A DNA stretch of 64,000 bases, from assembly GCA_030141605.1 (NCBI GenBank), contig JAQGDQ010001077.1, positions 850-64,849 of the forward strand, written 5' to 3'. Each line of letters starts with the position of its first letter. The first letter of the stretch is position 1. The DNA comes from Tubiluchus corallicola. Lineage: Eukaryota; Animalia; Priapulida. The notes under the pieces were generated by a model that had not been told where the DNA came from, did no database searches, and was given only the letters and a program-made list of their open reading frames with translations. The translations under genes were made by a program, and so were the position numbers. Positions 27,527 to 40,387 of the stretch are shown here, piece by piece.

Positions 27527-28434
27527 TTCACGTAAATTCTGTACATGCTTGTGCATAATGTATTCTGAATTCACGTAAATTCTGTACATGCTTGTGCATA
27601 ATGTATTCTGAATTCACGTAAATTCTGTACGTGCTTGTGCATAATGTATTCTGAATTCACGTAAATTCTGTACATGCTTGTGCATAATGTGTTCTGAATT
27701 CACGTAAATTCTGTACGTGCTTGTGCATAATGTATTCTGAATTCACGTAAATTCTGTACATGCTTGTGCATAATGTGTTTTGAATTCACGTAAATTCTGT
27801 ACGTGCTTGTGCATAATGTATTCTGAATTCACGTAAATTCTGTACGTGCTTGTGCATAATGTGTTTTGAATTCACGTAAATTCTGTACGTGCTTGTGCAT
27901 AATGTATTCTGAATTCACGTAAATTCTGTACGTGCTTGTGCATAATATATTCTGAATTCACGTGAATTCTGTACGTGCTTGTGCATAATATATTCTGAAT
28001 TCACGTGAATTCTGTACGTGCTTGTGCATAATATATTCTGAATTCACGTGAATTCTGTACGTGCTTGTGCGTAATATATTCTGAATTCACGTGAATTCTG
28101 TACGTGCTTGTGCATAATATATTCTGAATTCACGTGAATTCTGTACATGCTTGTGCATAATATATTCTGAATTCACGTAAATTCTGTACATGCTTGTGCA
28201 TAATATATTCTGAATTCACGTGAATTCTGTACATGCTTGTGCATAATATATTCTGAATTCACGTGAATTCTGTACATGCTTGTGCATAATATATTCTGAA
28301 TTCACGTGAATTCTGTACATGCTTGTGCATAATATATTCTGAATTCATGCGAATTCTGTACATGCTTGTGCATAATATATTCTGAATTCACGCGAATTCT
28401 GTACATGCTTGTGCATAATATATTCTGAATTCAC
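27527..28434. repeat. 43-bp minisatellite, 21 copies
   Basis: Unit ttcacgtRaattctgtacRtgcttgtgcataatRtattctgaa. Confidence 0.98.
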
Positions 28435-29134
28435 TTCGTGGGCTTTACTACTGGTAGTCATTATAAACCTCAAGCTCGTCCAATGACTGTGTGTAGAACA
28501 GTTTCGCTGTAAAAACCTCGTAGTTATTCCAGCCCAAGTTATTCAGTAGCTGTTTTTAATGCTGAGCCAAGATCGATTTTGCCTAAAAGTCGTACATATA
28601 TGCCAACTAGCTCAAAATTCTTACCAGTTCAGTGTACAGTTTCAGATACATAGGTTCTTCCCATATCTCTCCTGGTTATTTCTTTTGCCGCTTACAGAAA
28701 TTTTGCTGTTTAAGTAGCCATGCGTCATTTGTCCGTTACATCCAAATCGGTGACACACCTAATTGACTCACCTGCATTAATGTAGTTCCAGTGTCGGTAC
28801 ATCTGTTAAACTTGTTATTTAACTTAGGACTGGTGGAGATTATATTATTTGCTGTCCCTCTTTGAAATTCTTTCTCCAATGTTAATGTTTTGGGCTTTTT
28901 CGATTCTGTGTTACAATCCTTTGTTTAAATGAAAGTCTTAGATGAAATGAAAAGAAATGAAACTTGGGTAACTTGCATCCCTATGGAATGGATTCCCATC
29001 CACATACAGACAAAGATATATTTAGACACGGACAGATAAATGTAAAACGTGCTTAAATGCGTGAACTTGCTGAAGCCATTTCTATTCTTAGAATTTCATT
29101 AGATAACTAAGGAAGTTCATGAATAGGATTTGAC

Positions 29135-30204
29135 CAAGACCTTGAAGTACAATAGTTTAAGATAATAAACTCGTAAATGAGGTCACGTATTTGCTTCAGT
29201 GGTCCCTCTGCTGAGTGGTCTTACTGATTACTGTTGCTTCTGTCCACTAACCTCAAGACCGTAAAGTACAATAGTTTAAGATAATAAACTCGTAAATGAG
29301 GTCACGTATTTGCTTCAGTGGTCCCTCTGCTGGGTGGTCTTACTGATTACTGTTGCTTCTGTCCACTAACCTCAAGACCGTAAAGTACAATAGTTTAAGA
29401 TAATAAACTCGTAAATGAGGTCACGTATTTGCTTCCGTGGTCCCTCTGCTGAGTGGTCTTACTGATTACTGTTGCTTCTGTCCACTAACCTCAAGACCGT
29501 AAAGTACAATAGTTTAAGATAATAAACTCGTAAATGAGGTCACGTATTTGCTTCCGTGGTCCCTCTGCTGAGTGGTCCTATTGCCTACTGTTGCTTATGA
29601 CCACTAACCTCAAGACCGTAAAGTACAATAGTTTATGATAATAAACTCGTAAATGAGGTCACGTATTTGCTTCAGTGGTCCCTCTGCTGAGTGGTCCTAC
29701 TGATTACTGTTGCTTATGTCCACTAACCTCAAGACCGTAAAGTACAATAGTTTAAGATAATAAACTCGTAAATGAGGTCACGTATTTGCTTCCGTGGTCC
29801 CTCTGCTGAGTGGTCCTATTGCCTACTGTTGCTTATGACCACTAACCTCAAGACCGTAAAGTACAATAGTTTATGATAATAAACTCGTAAATGAGGTCAC
29901 GTATTTGCTTCAGTGGTCCCTCTGCTGAGTGGTCCTACTGATTGCTGTTGCTTCTGTCCACTAACCTCAAGACCGTAAAGTACAATAGTTTAAGATAATA
30001 AACTCGTAAATCAGGTGACGTATTTGCTTCAGTGGTCCCTCTGCTGAGTGGTCCTACTGATTACTGTTGCTTATGTCCAGTAACCTCAAGACCGTAAAGT
30101 ACAATAGTTTAAGATAATAAACTCGTAAATCAGGTGACGTATTTGCTTCAGTGGTCCCTCTGCTGAGTGGTCCTATTGCCTACTGTTGCTTATGACCACT
30201 AACC
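29135..30204. repeat. 119-bp minisatellite, 9 copies
   Basis: gataataaactcgtaaatgaggtcacg at 29161, 29280, 29399... Confidence 0.97.
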
Positions 30205-30991
30205 CCATTTATCGACACGTACACGTAATTCGTTATGATATTACAGTGAGAACCACTGTGAGTCTTTGCCTAAATCTCATTAATCCGTCACACTGTACTA
30301 CATTTTTGGATCCAATAAAACATGCTATTTGGGCTGTTATTATCAACAGTACTGCATTTGTGCAATGACAGAATTTTTCTCTGGAAGGGGTGCTCGCCCT
30401 GAGTAACACCGATACTGTTATCCATACTCAATAGTTAACATGGTTGAGAATCTTGCCTTCTGTTTCTGCTTCTACAGGTCAATATGAGGCTTGCGTTGGA
30501 CACCATTATCATTAATATGTATGATGCTTTTATCAAGCAGCTAATAATAGGTTGATTGATATGATCTCGTTAGGTTACACGGTCCATTAAATCCGGGCTA
30601 CTTTTGTTTCATTATACCCCTACGCCTACTTGTGTGGATTGAGAAATCTCAAGACGCTTGCTTTTCGTTATTCAGTCAAATACGATATAAGTCATGTCTT
30701 TAGTACCTTTGTGTTTAATAGCTATTCGTTGGAATGCTTTATACATGTAAGCCACCTATGCTATATGCTTGCCCTTTACACTCACATTTTTTATGAATAT
30801 CATAACTGTGAACATCTTATCGTACTAACATTGTAAAATAAATTTATCTGCCTCAACAACTACTGTTTTCTATAAAACTTAACTCTCTCTAACACCTGTC
30901 ATTCGTAGAAAAAAATGAAAGTGCTGTCCGAATATTGAGGATTTATGTTAATTGAAGTCAGCATCTGGGAGGGGAGCATAACGAACAGTAA

Positions 30992-31286
30992 CTTGACCTC
31001 GGAGCAACTCTCACTCTTGACCTCAGAGCAACTCTCAATCTTGACCTCGGAGCAACTCTCACTCTTGACCTCAGAGCAACTCTCAATCTTGACCTCAGAG
31101 CAACTCTCAATCCTCAGAGCAACTTTCAATCCTCAGAGCAACTCTCAGTCTTGACCTCAGAGCAACTCTCAATCTTGACCTCAGAGCAACTCTCAATCTT
31201 GACCTCAGAGCAACTCTCAGTCCTCAGAGCAACTCTCAATCCTCAGAGCAACTCCTCAATCTTGACCTCAGAGCAACTCTCAATCT
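30992..31286. repeat. 24/19-bp minisatellite
   Basis: cttgacctcagagcaactctcaat and shorter cctcagagcaactctcaat units. Confidence 0.95.
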
Positions 31287-33802
31287 CTTTTTAAAATCCA
31301 CTAAAACGTCTTCGCAAACTTGGACGCCAGTGTATGTATTTCTACTGCCATGTTTCAATGTAAATCCGCAATGCATGTCAGCTCTTTCAAAACCAATTGG
31401 GCATTATAGCACCTTTAATTTATTTTTATGTCCCGTTTGCCTTGCCTCTGTCACATCTATCAAATACAGCGCACATTATATGGCTACTTTTCGGATTTAT
31501 TTTATGTGGGGCTTTACATTTCAACATGCTTGTCGTGCAGAAATGGAGGCTGTCATCAGCTTAGCACAGTTTATTGCGTTGTTAATCAACGAGGGCGGAT
31601 TCTAGTGAAATGGAGTCATCTCTTAGTTGAGGGGCGTAGCATTGGTCAAACGAGGTGGTAGGTGCCGCAAACGGTTCTCTTTATTCCGTTATTCCACTCA
31701 CAAAAATTTTCTCTTATCTGATCTGCTATGCATAGAAGGGAGGTTTTCTGTTCAGCATCCCTTCTTTGGCTTCCCTTTACGAGCACTGGCCGCCTCAGGT
31801 AGGATATTACAGGTAATGCCATATTATAGGCACGGTAAGGCGTATAAAATATCGCGTAATGATTTAAATTGCATCTGTATCGCATTCGTGTATTCATAAT
31901 ATGAACGCGATGATCATTAAATATTCATTATGCTTTTAAACATGAATTGCTCATTTCTGTAGGGCTGCAGTTAGTGCAATTTGCCAGCGCTGTTCTTATG
32001 TAGCGTATATCAACATAATCGAATCGCTCAAGTAGTCAAGATGCGTTTAGATTGCCTTGAAATTATATTCTGATCCATTTCTGTGTATCGTTATGGTCGT
32101 AATTGCATTGCCATGCGTATGGATGGGCAAATAATTGCAGAGCGTTTAAATTCGCATCTTCAGAAATCTGTCCATCTGTCTGACACATGCATGAGAAAAT
32201 GGTCCCTATCTGAGTTAGTAGAAGCAGTTAAGCTAATCAGGCCTGATTGCCGCGCCTGATTAACATAAGAAAGTGTAGAATAGTCGTTAAGAATGACGCA
32301 CATAATTGTTACATTAAAGGCTTGGAGTTTGAATTTTTAGTTCAGAGTAAAATAAAGAGTTTAATGAAATTCTGAGCTTGTGTGAAAAAGGACACGGCAA
32401 CATATTCATCAGTGGAAACCGTCGTGGTGGTCTATTCAATTGCAAGTTGTTCAGACGGTATTATTGTACAAATGGCACAGACTGATACTTTTTATATTCT
32501 TCTGCAAGAGATCTTACGTCACGTTATTTGAGATGCTTGAAGCCATTGAATGGGCTTCTATACATTGACGAGGGTGATCAGATAATTTGTAGTCGTACGT
32601 CATATTTCCGGCAGAATTACTTCAACGTGGCTTGTCAGTAGGCTGTATGCTAAAATTGGTCATCTAAGGCTTAGCTGCATCTGGTATAGCTCCATCCAAC
32701 TTTCATCTGTCCCAGAAGTAAAAGAATACCTGTATTTGAGATCTTGTTGGGGATCTGAAATAATGTTAGCGTTAAATCAGACGGAATTTTGGTGCTGCTA
32801 GTGTGAATTTTTTTTCTCAAATCGCTTTTTCAAATTTTAATTGACTGTTTGTGAAGGATGTGCTGGTGTAGATCGAGATTAGAATAGGGCACGCATATGA
32901 CACGTAACGCAGGGGGCTATGTTTACATACCTAAACAATAAGCGACTGTCACTAAGCCCAGTCGGCCACTGAAATAAGAATTACCAGCCGACTGACCAGG
33001 CATAATTGCTTGAACATATAATTACCCCGCGGTCGTTTGGATGTTTGTATATTTGTCAGGCCCGGATCGATTCGTTTCATAACGAAATTTATAGATCAAT
33101 TACGCTTGCTGATGGCATGCCTCGAGCTAGTAAGCGCGCGCTGGACTTCCCGCCCAAGGGATTCTGAATTCTCTCTGGAGGAATACCATTTCTGTACGAT
33201 CGTGTAGGACCACCATTCCTTGATGGAACGTATTCGTATTAATGCACGAAGCTGTTATATTGATCAGTACTAATACCGTTACGTTTATCATATACCATAT
33301 TTGTTCATGTTTTGGTTGTGCTGTTTAGGAAATAACTTATGAGCCCCGTCTTATGGTCGGTGTTTATGGTGTCTCAGCTATGCAGCTATATGGCGGTTTT
33401 GAAGCCATTTTATTTCAGCTTCTGCGTACTGGATAATTTTTGGCGCGAAAATGTATCAAATTTCAGCTAGAAATTAAATTCATACGTTGAATTTACCGTA
33501 AAAGTATTTTCCTAATTTTAATATATAATTCTTGCTTATATCTCGTTAAATTATAGTTACTTAGTGTTAAAATGAAATAATGTGCAGCAAGTGAACAATA
33601 AGTGAACCAGCGTCTAAAACTTACAGTCAGTTTTGCCTTCTTCTTTCACGTTTACATCATGATGAGTTTTCATAGAAAGAAGAATGACGTCATACGATTA
33701 GCCATTCTTATTATTTTTAATGTTCTTACAAAAGAAGTGAAGCGGTTGGATTAAATCTCTAAAAGAGCATACACGCAGTATGCGTATATCATAGAAGGAC
33801 CA

Positions 33803-33897
33803 GTGACGACGACCGTGACGATGGTGACGATGATAATGCTAAGTAAGAATAAAAAAGAAAAAAGGTGACGATAGTGATGGTGACGATGGCGGTAATT

Positions 33898-33937
<40 letters not shown>

Positions 33938-34385
33938 CGACGACGATGACGATGATAATGCTAACTAAGAATAAAAAAGAAAAAAGGTGACGATGGTGAT
34001 GATGATGATGATGATGATGATAATAATGAAGATGATGGTGATGATGATGATGACGACGACGATGACGATGATAATGCTAAGTAGGAATAAAAAAAGAAAC
34101 AAAGGTGACGATGGTGATGATGATAATGCTAACTAAGAATAAAAAAGAAACAAAGGTGACGATGGTGATGATGATGATGATGATAATGCTAACTAAGAAT
34201 AAAAAAGAAAAAAAGGTGACGATGGCGATGATGATGATGATGATAATGCTAACTAAGAATAAAAAAGAAACAAATGTGACGATGGTGATGATGATGATGA
34301 TGATAATGCTAACTAAGAATAAAAAAGAAAAAAGGTGACGATGAGCATGAAGATTGTGATGATGATGACGACGACGATGACGCTG
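33803..34385. repeat. ~60-bp repeat built around (GAT/GAC)n
   Basis: gtgacgatgg(tga)n taatgctaactaagaataaaaaagaaa repeated ~7 times with variable GAT tract. Confidence 0.93.
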
Positions 34386-35030
34386 ATTATAACTGATTTT
34401 ACTCGGTTGATGTCACTGATGTCGATTAACGATTCACTGGAACGCTGATGTGGCTGATGTCATTGTCTGATAATGGTGAGCATTTTTGTGACAGTGGCAC
34501 TACTGGTTCCGTGAATAATATATGTGGTACAGTGATGTGCAGTCTTACCATTAAACACAGCTAAGAACATTTTAGTTTCTGCCAGGTTGCATATTCCTGA
34601 CTTGATATTTCTCTTTGTAAGCTGCAACACGTTTGACACCTCCGCTTCGTCATCTCTGCTATTAGGTTTTCGCCGAGAATATTAAATGTGGCGAGTCGGG
34701 CTCGACGAGAAGCCAGGTTGAGTCACTCAGTGAAGCCATTGTTGATATTGCCAAGTTTTAGCTGTAACGCGATCTGTTAAATGTTTGCTTTCCATAATTC
34801 CTCTGACGACTACACTTTACCTGGGTCAATATAGAGTCGTCACTTAACAACAGCATTTTTCATATGCCAGAAGAATTCTAACACGAGTAACTTATTCCTG
34901 GCAAGTGTCCTTGTCGCTTTTGTTTGATGTAATTCTTCGGTTTGTTTGAATTCCATTTCCGACCTGCATTATTTCTACTGCAGTTCAACGCGATAAACGA
35001 TGCCAATGAATTGCGTTTCAGCAGCTTAAA

Positions 35031-35322
35031 ATGAGCAATGAAAAAGATTTTTATATTTTATCAGCAATAATGAATAAAGAATGAATAATAAAATGAACAA
35101 TGAAAAAGATTTTTATATTTTATCAGCAATAATGAATAATAAAATGAACAATGAAAAAGATTTTTATATTTTTTCAGCAATAATGAATAATAAAATGAAC
35201 AATGAAAAACATTTTGATATTTTATCAGCAATAATGAATAATAAAATGAACAATGAAAAAGATTTTTATATTTTATCAGCAATAATGAATAAAGAATGAA
35301 TAATAAAGTGAACAATGAAAAA
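35031..35322. repeat. 51-bp AT-rich minisatellite, ~5 copies
   Basis: 17-aa period in ORF 35081-35299. Confidence 0.93.
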
Positions 35323-35789
35323 ATGCACCAAGTATTGCATAAAGGGACTGCGTCGGTAATTTTGTTTAAAATATTTTTTGGTTTAGGCTGTACGTATTGA
35401 AGTGCTTGAAAAACGTGTTGTCGTCACGCTCTAGTTCTTGCAACATTATTTAAAGTTATGTGAAGCTGTTGTGGTCGATACGATAGAGTTTTGCACATTT
35501 TGTCAAATCCATATGTATATCGGCGGTTCAAGAAAATATGGATCGTGGTGTCATACATTATGTAACCTCCGCTATGGACCATTCCTTTGAGCAGTCTACA
35601 TTTGACATGAAATATTTACTCTTTTTCATTTATACGCGTTGCAGAGCAAATTGCATTAGCTCACACTGTAGCAGAATGTGCCAGCCTTTTTGACAATTAA
35701 CGTAAACTTTGAATTTTGAATGTAGCAGAAAATATAACAACGTGCGGATCTGTTTACAATAAACAGAACAGGACAATTAACAGGACTAA

Positions 35790-36335
35790 GAACTTATCTG
35801 ACTTAAAATTTGCTACATGCAAACTGTCTAACCTTAGTATAAATCATCATTTATATGCTGATGACTTGTGTATATTAGTTCCCTCTATACAAACGTTGTA
35901 AATACTTTCAATGTTTGTCCAGACTATGCTAATAATCATGGCAGGATTTTTAATGAGTCTAAAAGGTATTGTACACCTTTCACGTCCTGCAACAGAAAAA
36001 ACATTCGTTAAAAAATGGATTTTTTATCGAATAAAATATGGGTACGCATCTTTTTGGGTCTCTCTGTATATATTTGATCCCAAATAGTACGCGACATATC
36101 ACTCAGGGTTACGTAATTCTTGAGGGTGTTGAAATCTGTGTTAAAAATAACCACAAGTGTTTTGGTTATTTACTTACTAATAATCTTTCTGATAATTTAG
36201 ACATCATAAGCCAGAATCGTTTGCTAATCGCTAATCTAGTATGTTATTGTATTGTCAGTTAATAACTGATTTAAAATATTTCTGTTTTGTTACTCTAATT
36301 GTTTATGTTATTAAAATAAATTGTGACTGACTTGA
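35790..36335 (+). pseudogene. Decayed non-LTR reverse transcriptase fragment (RTEX-like)
   Basis: INHHLYADDLCILVPS (YADD), then DYANNHGRIFNESK and KCFGYLLTNNLSDNLDIISQNR in shifting frames; stops and frameshifts; aataaattgtgactgact tail. Confidence 0.8.
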
Positions 36336-36360
36336 ATGTTTTTATTATGTTGCCCAACTT

Positions 36361-37048
36361 TTTTCCTAACCAAAATTGTGACTTTTTCCTGTGACTTTAT
36401 TCCTAGCCAAAATTGTGACTTTTTACCTAGTCAAAATTGTGACTTTTTACCTAGCCAAAATTGTGACTTTTTCTTGTGACTTTATTCCAAGCCAAATTGT
36501 GACTTTTTACCTAGTCAAAATTGTGACTTTTCCTGTGACTTTATTCCTAGCCAAATTGTGACTTTTTACCTAGTCAAAATTGTGACTTTTTCCTGTGACT
36601 TTATTCCCAGCCAAATTGTGACTTTTTACGTAGTCAAAATTGTGACTTTTTCCTGTGACTTTATTCCTCGCCAAATTGTGACTTTTTACATAGTCAAAAT
36701 TGTGACTTTTTCCTGTGACCTTTTTCTTAGCCAAAATTGTGACATTTTCCTGTGACTTTATTCCTAGCCAAAATTGTGACTTTTCCTGTGACTTTATTCC
36801 TAGCCAAAATTGGGACTTTTTCCTGTGACTTTATTCCTAGCCAAATTGTGACTTTTTCCTGTGACTGTATTCCTAGCGAAAATTGTGACTTTTCCTGTGA
36901 CTTTATTCCTAGCCAAATTGTGACTTTTTCCTGTGACTTTTTTCCTAGCAAAAATCGTGACTTTTCCTGTGACGTTTTCCTAGCAAAAATTGACTTTTTC
37001 TTGTGACTCTTTTCCTAGCCAAAATTGTGAGTTTTTCCTGTAACTTTA
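36361..37048. repeat. Complex minisatellite of tgtgactttt/cctagccaaaat subunits
   Basis: Repeated aaattgtgactttttcctgtgactttattcctagcc and aaattgtgactttttacctagtc. Confidence 0.93.
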
Positions 37049-38336
37049 TCACCAGTCAGCCGCGCAGCAGAAGTATTATTTGAACAGCTTGAATAACGAT
37101 GAAACTAATAACTCCGTCTAATAAGTTTAAACTGCAAAATAATTAATCTGAAAATCTCCTTTCACGTCCACGGAGTTTTGCAAAACCCTGCATGGCTTTG
37201 TTCAGTGGATTAGACTGGTACGCTGTACCTTTATGGTTTTTGTCTTCCATCTTCTGCAACTGATCAAATTTGCTGCGCTGTAAAATCGCTTTTGTCAGCT
37301 CCATGATCATTGAAATTATGCTTTGTGAAACTATTTCCACAACATTTGATCAAATCGCTGGATATTGTTGGGGGAAGAACATCGATACGGCGGCCGCGCT
37401 CGCTGCTTTTCTTTCTCCCACCTCTTTTGTCCTCGTATATCTACTGTATAATTTTCCGTGTATACCCAGTGTTTACTCATATGATTGCGCGGGTGAATTT
37501 AGTTCCATTTTCTGCAAATGATGATTAAAGGTTTTCAGACAATAAACGTTGATTTTTTGTCTTAACTGATGGAAAGGACGCTATAAAGCATCATTCATTT
37601 TCTCGTGGCTTGTCCGTGAGAAGATTTGAACGTTTTTTAAATCAGCGCTGCGGATGAATAAAGTTCAACAAGGTAACGGAAGAATAAAATACGAGACCAA
37701 AATTGGATTTGCCGGGAAAACTAGGATGTCCGTCTTTTACACAATTTTCTTTGTTTTTTTATTTACATATTTTTGGTTAGGGTACCGAGGAAACACATCC
37801 GTCGGCATTAATCCAAACGTTTCATTTCAGTAGCGGGCAGTGGTAGGTAAGTCCTGCCACAGTTAGGTATCTACATTATCTATGTCGCCCCGTTGAGCAC
37901 TGGTTGTTGGCGTGTACGTCTACTGCCCGCGAACTGTGTTTGTACTCGAACAGCTGCATGTCACGTGATTTATAATTCTGCTTTTTAAATGGTCATTTTA
38001 TGGCGACGTTACAACTTTCATTTCCTTGTCAGGCACGAATTTATATTCATAAGCATCAACTCGACTTCTTCGTTTACTAATAAAATTGCTGGAAATGAAC
38101 AATTTGTCTTGTCATGAGAATTTAACGTCCCGGTTTGAATATTTTCCTCTGATTCCCAAGTCGTAATACCTGCACCAAGCAAAAGTATGGTTATAATTCA
38201 TGATATTGTAGGCGGTGCGATAGAGGTAAATGTTACAAAGTGTAATTTTCTTTCAAGTTTTTTTGTTTGATTCTCAGCAGTTTTGTTGACGTGTTATTGA
38301 CTACTAAAGATCTCACTTGTCTTCAGTGGCTTCAAC

Positions 38337-38981
38337 CTGTTCACCCAGAAAGCATTTGCAAAAGCATGTGCTGTTCACCCAGAAAGCATTTGCAAAAGCA
38401 TGTGCTGTTCACCCAGAAAGCATTTGCAAAAGCATGTGCTGTTCACACAGCAGACATTTGCAAAAGCATGTGCTGTTGACACAGCAGACATTTGCAAAAG
38501 CATGTGCTGTTCACACAGCAGACATTGGCAAAAGCATGTGCTGTTCACACAGCAGACATTGGCAAAAGCATGTGCTGTCCACCCAGCAGACATTGGCAAA
38601 AGCATGTGCTGTCCACCCAGCAGACATTGGCAAAAGCATGTGCTGTCCACCCAGCAGACATTGGCAAAAGCATGTGCTGTTCACACAGCAGACATTGGCA
38701 AAAGCATGTGCTGTCCACCCAGCAGACATTGGCAAAAGCATGTGCTGTTCACACAGCAGACATTTGCAAAAGCATGTGCTGTTCACACAGCAGACATTTG
38801 CAAAAGCATGTGCTGTCCACCCAGCAGACATTTGCAAAAGCATGTGCTGTCCACCCAGCAGACATTGACAAAAGCATGTGCTGTCCACCCAGCAGACATT
38901 TGCAAAAGCATGTGCTGTCCACCCAGCAGACATTGGCAAAAGCATGTGCTGTTCACACAGCAGACATTGGCAAAAGCATGT
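38337..38981. repeat. 34-bp minisatellite, 19 copies
   Basis: Unit caaaagcatgtgctgtYcacMcagcagacattKg; source of all ORFs at 38267-39029. Confidence 0.98.
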
Positions 38982-40025
38982 ACAACTCATTGCAGTCCTT
39001 TACTTGAGTATGTTTTTAAACGTCTCTGAACCTTAGAAGGAAATTTAGTCGACGCTTCTCTCACTTATACTAAGAGCAAAACCAAGTGTAGAAGAGCCAT
39101 TTTACGAAGTTTCCTTCCCTAATAGTGTAATAGTAATTTGTTGATTTTTGGCCAACAGGACAGATCAAATAAGAGAAGTATACGTACAACGCGAACCAGC
39201 CTAGATTCAGCACATTGAACACAGTGACATCATGAGCAAACAAAAAACGTGCCTTTCTTGCAGCCATTTTGTTCTAGTAGTTGTACCTCTGTGTGATTAT
39301 CAGCGATTGCAGCAGTGTACGCGATTTTAGGCACTGTCTGACTGCTACATACTTTCCTATTTTTCTTGCATGGTCAGTGTGCTATGTTTGCCCTTTACGC
39401 TGTACATCTAACAGTAAATTTGTACAACCGTATGACGTGTGACACCATTGTGACAATGCAGCAACAGGCCCCCATTCAATCTTTACTGCTAAACTCGGTA
39501 AATTAAGCGTTTTTCTAAATATAGAATGGCGTCATCATCATCATTAAACTTCCTTGCATTTTGAAAAAACTCGGCCATGAATCTTGTAATATCATCTTGA
39601 AAACTCACGCTAGAATCATTTGTGCATTTCGCCGCGAAACTCGTCGGTTATTTAAATTTCAGTATAAACTCTCTCAACATTTTAAAACGGGCGGATTCCA
39701 TAGAGAGCACAGTTGATGATTCTGCGAATCTGAATTGCAATTATTGTAATGCACGCCGCATTAAGAGCAGGTCTTACGATTGCCGCCGGTCATTAGCGAT
39801 TGTCGCCGTTATGAAGTTATAAAACACGCGGCCTTACGTAATTATTTATTATGGTGATTGTTATTGTGCCAACATTCGCATCTGTGCGCCTAATTGGGTA
39901 CTGTAGTTGTCGACATTGAACGTTGTGATAAAGGCTTAAATTATTAAATGGTTGCTGATGCTAGTCGTGACGAAAACTATTGTTGCTGAAAATGTAGTTG
40001 TTGTTATTGCAGATGGTGGTGATGG

Positions 40026-40048
40026 TTATTATTATAATTATTACTATT

Positions 40049-40093
<45 letters not shown>

Positions 40094-40289
40094 GCTGCTG
40101 CTGCTGCTGCTACTACTGCTACTGCTACTGCTACTACTACTACTGCTACTGTTGCTGCTACTACTGCTACTGCTACTACTGCTACTGCTACTGCTACTAC
40201 TACTACTGCTACTGTTGCTGCTACTACTACTACTACTACTGCTACTGTTGCTGCTACTACTGCTACTGCTACTGCTACTGCTACTACTG

Positions 40290-40360
<71 letters not shown>

Positions 40361-40387
40361 GCTACTACCACTACTACTACCACTATT
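40026..40387. repeat. Compound (TTA)(TTG)(CTG)(CTA) microsatellite
   Basis: Direct reading. Confidence 0.97.

Noticed and set aside
30460-30525. Acceptor-like ttctgcttctacAG with short open frame
   Set aside because: No convincing peptide or donor; such sites are common by chance
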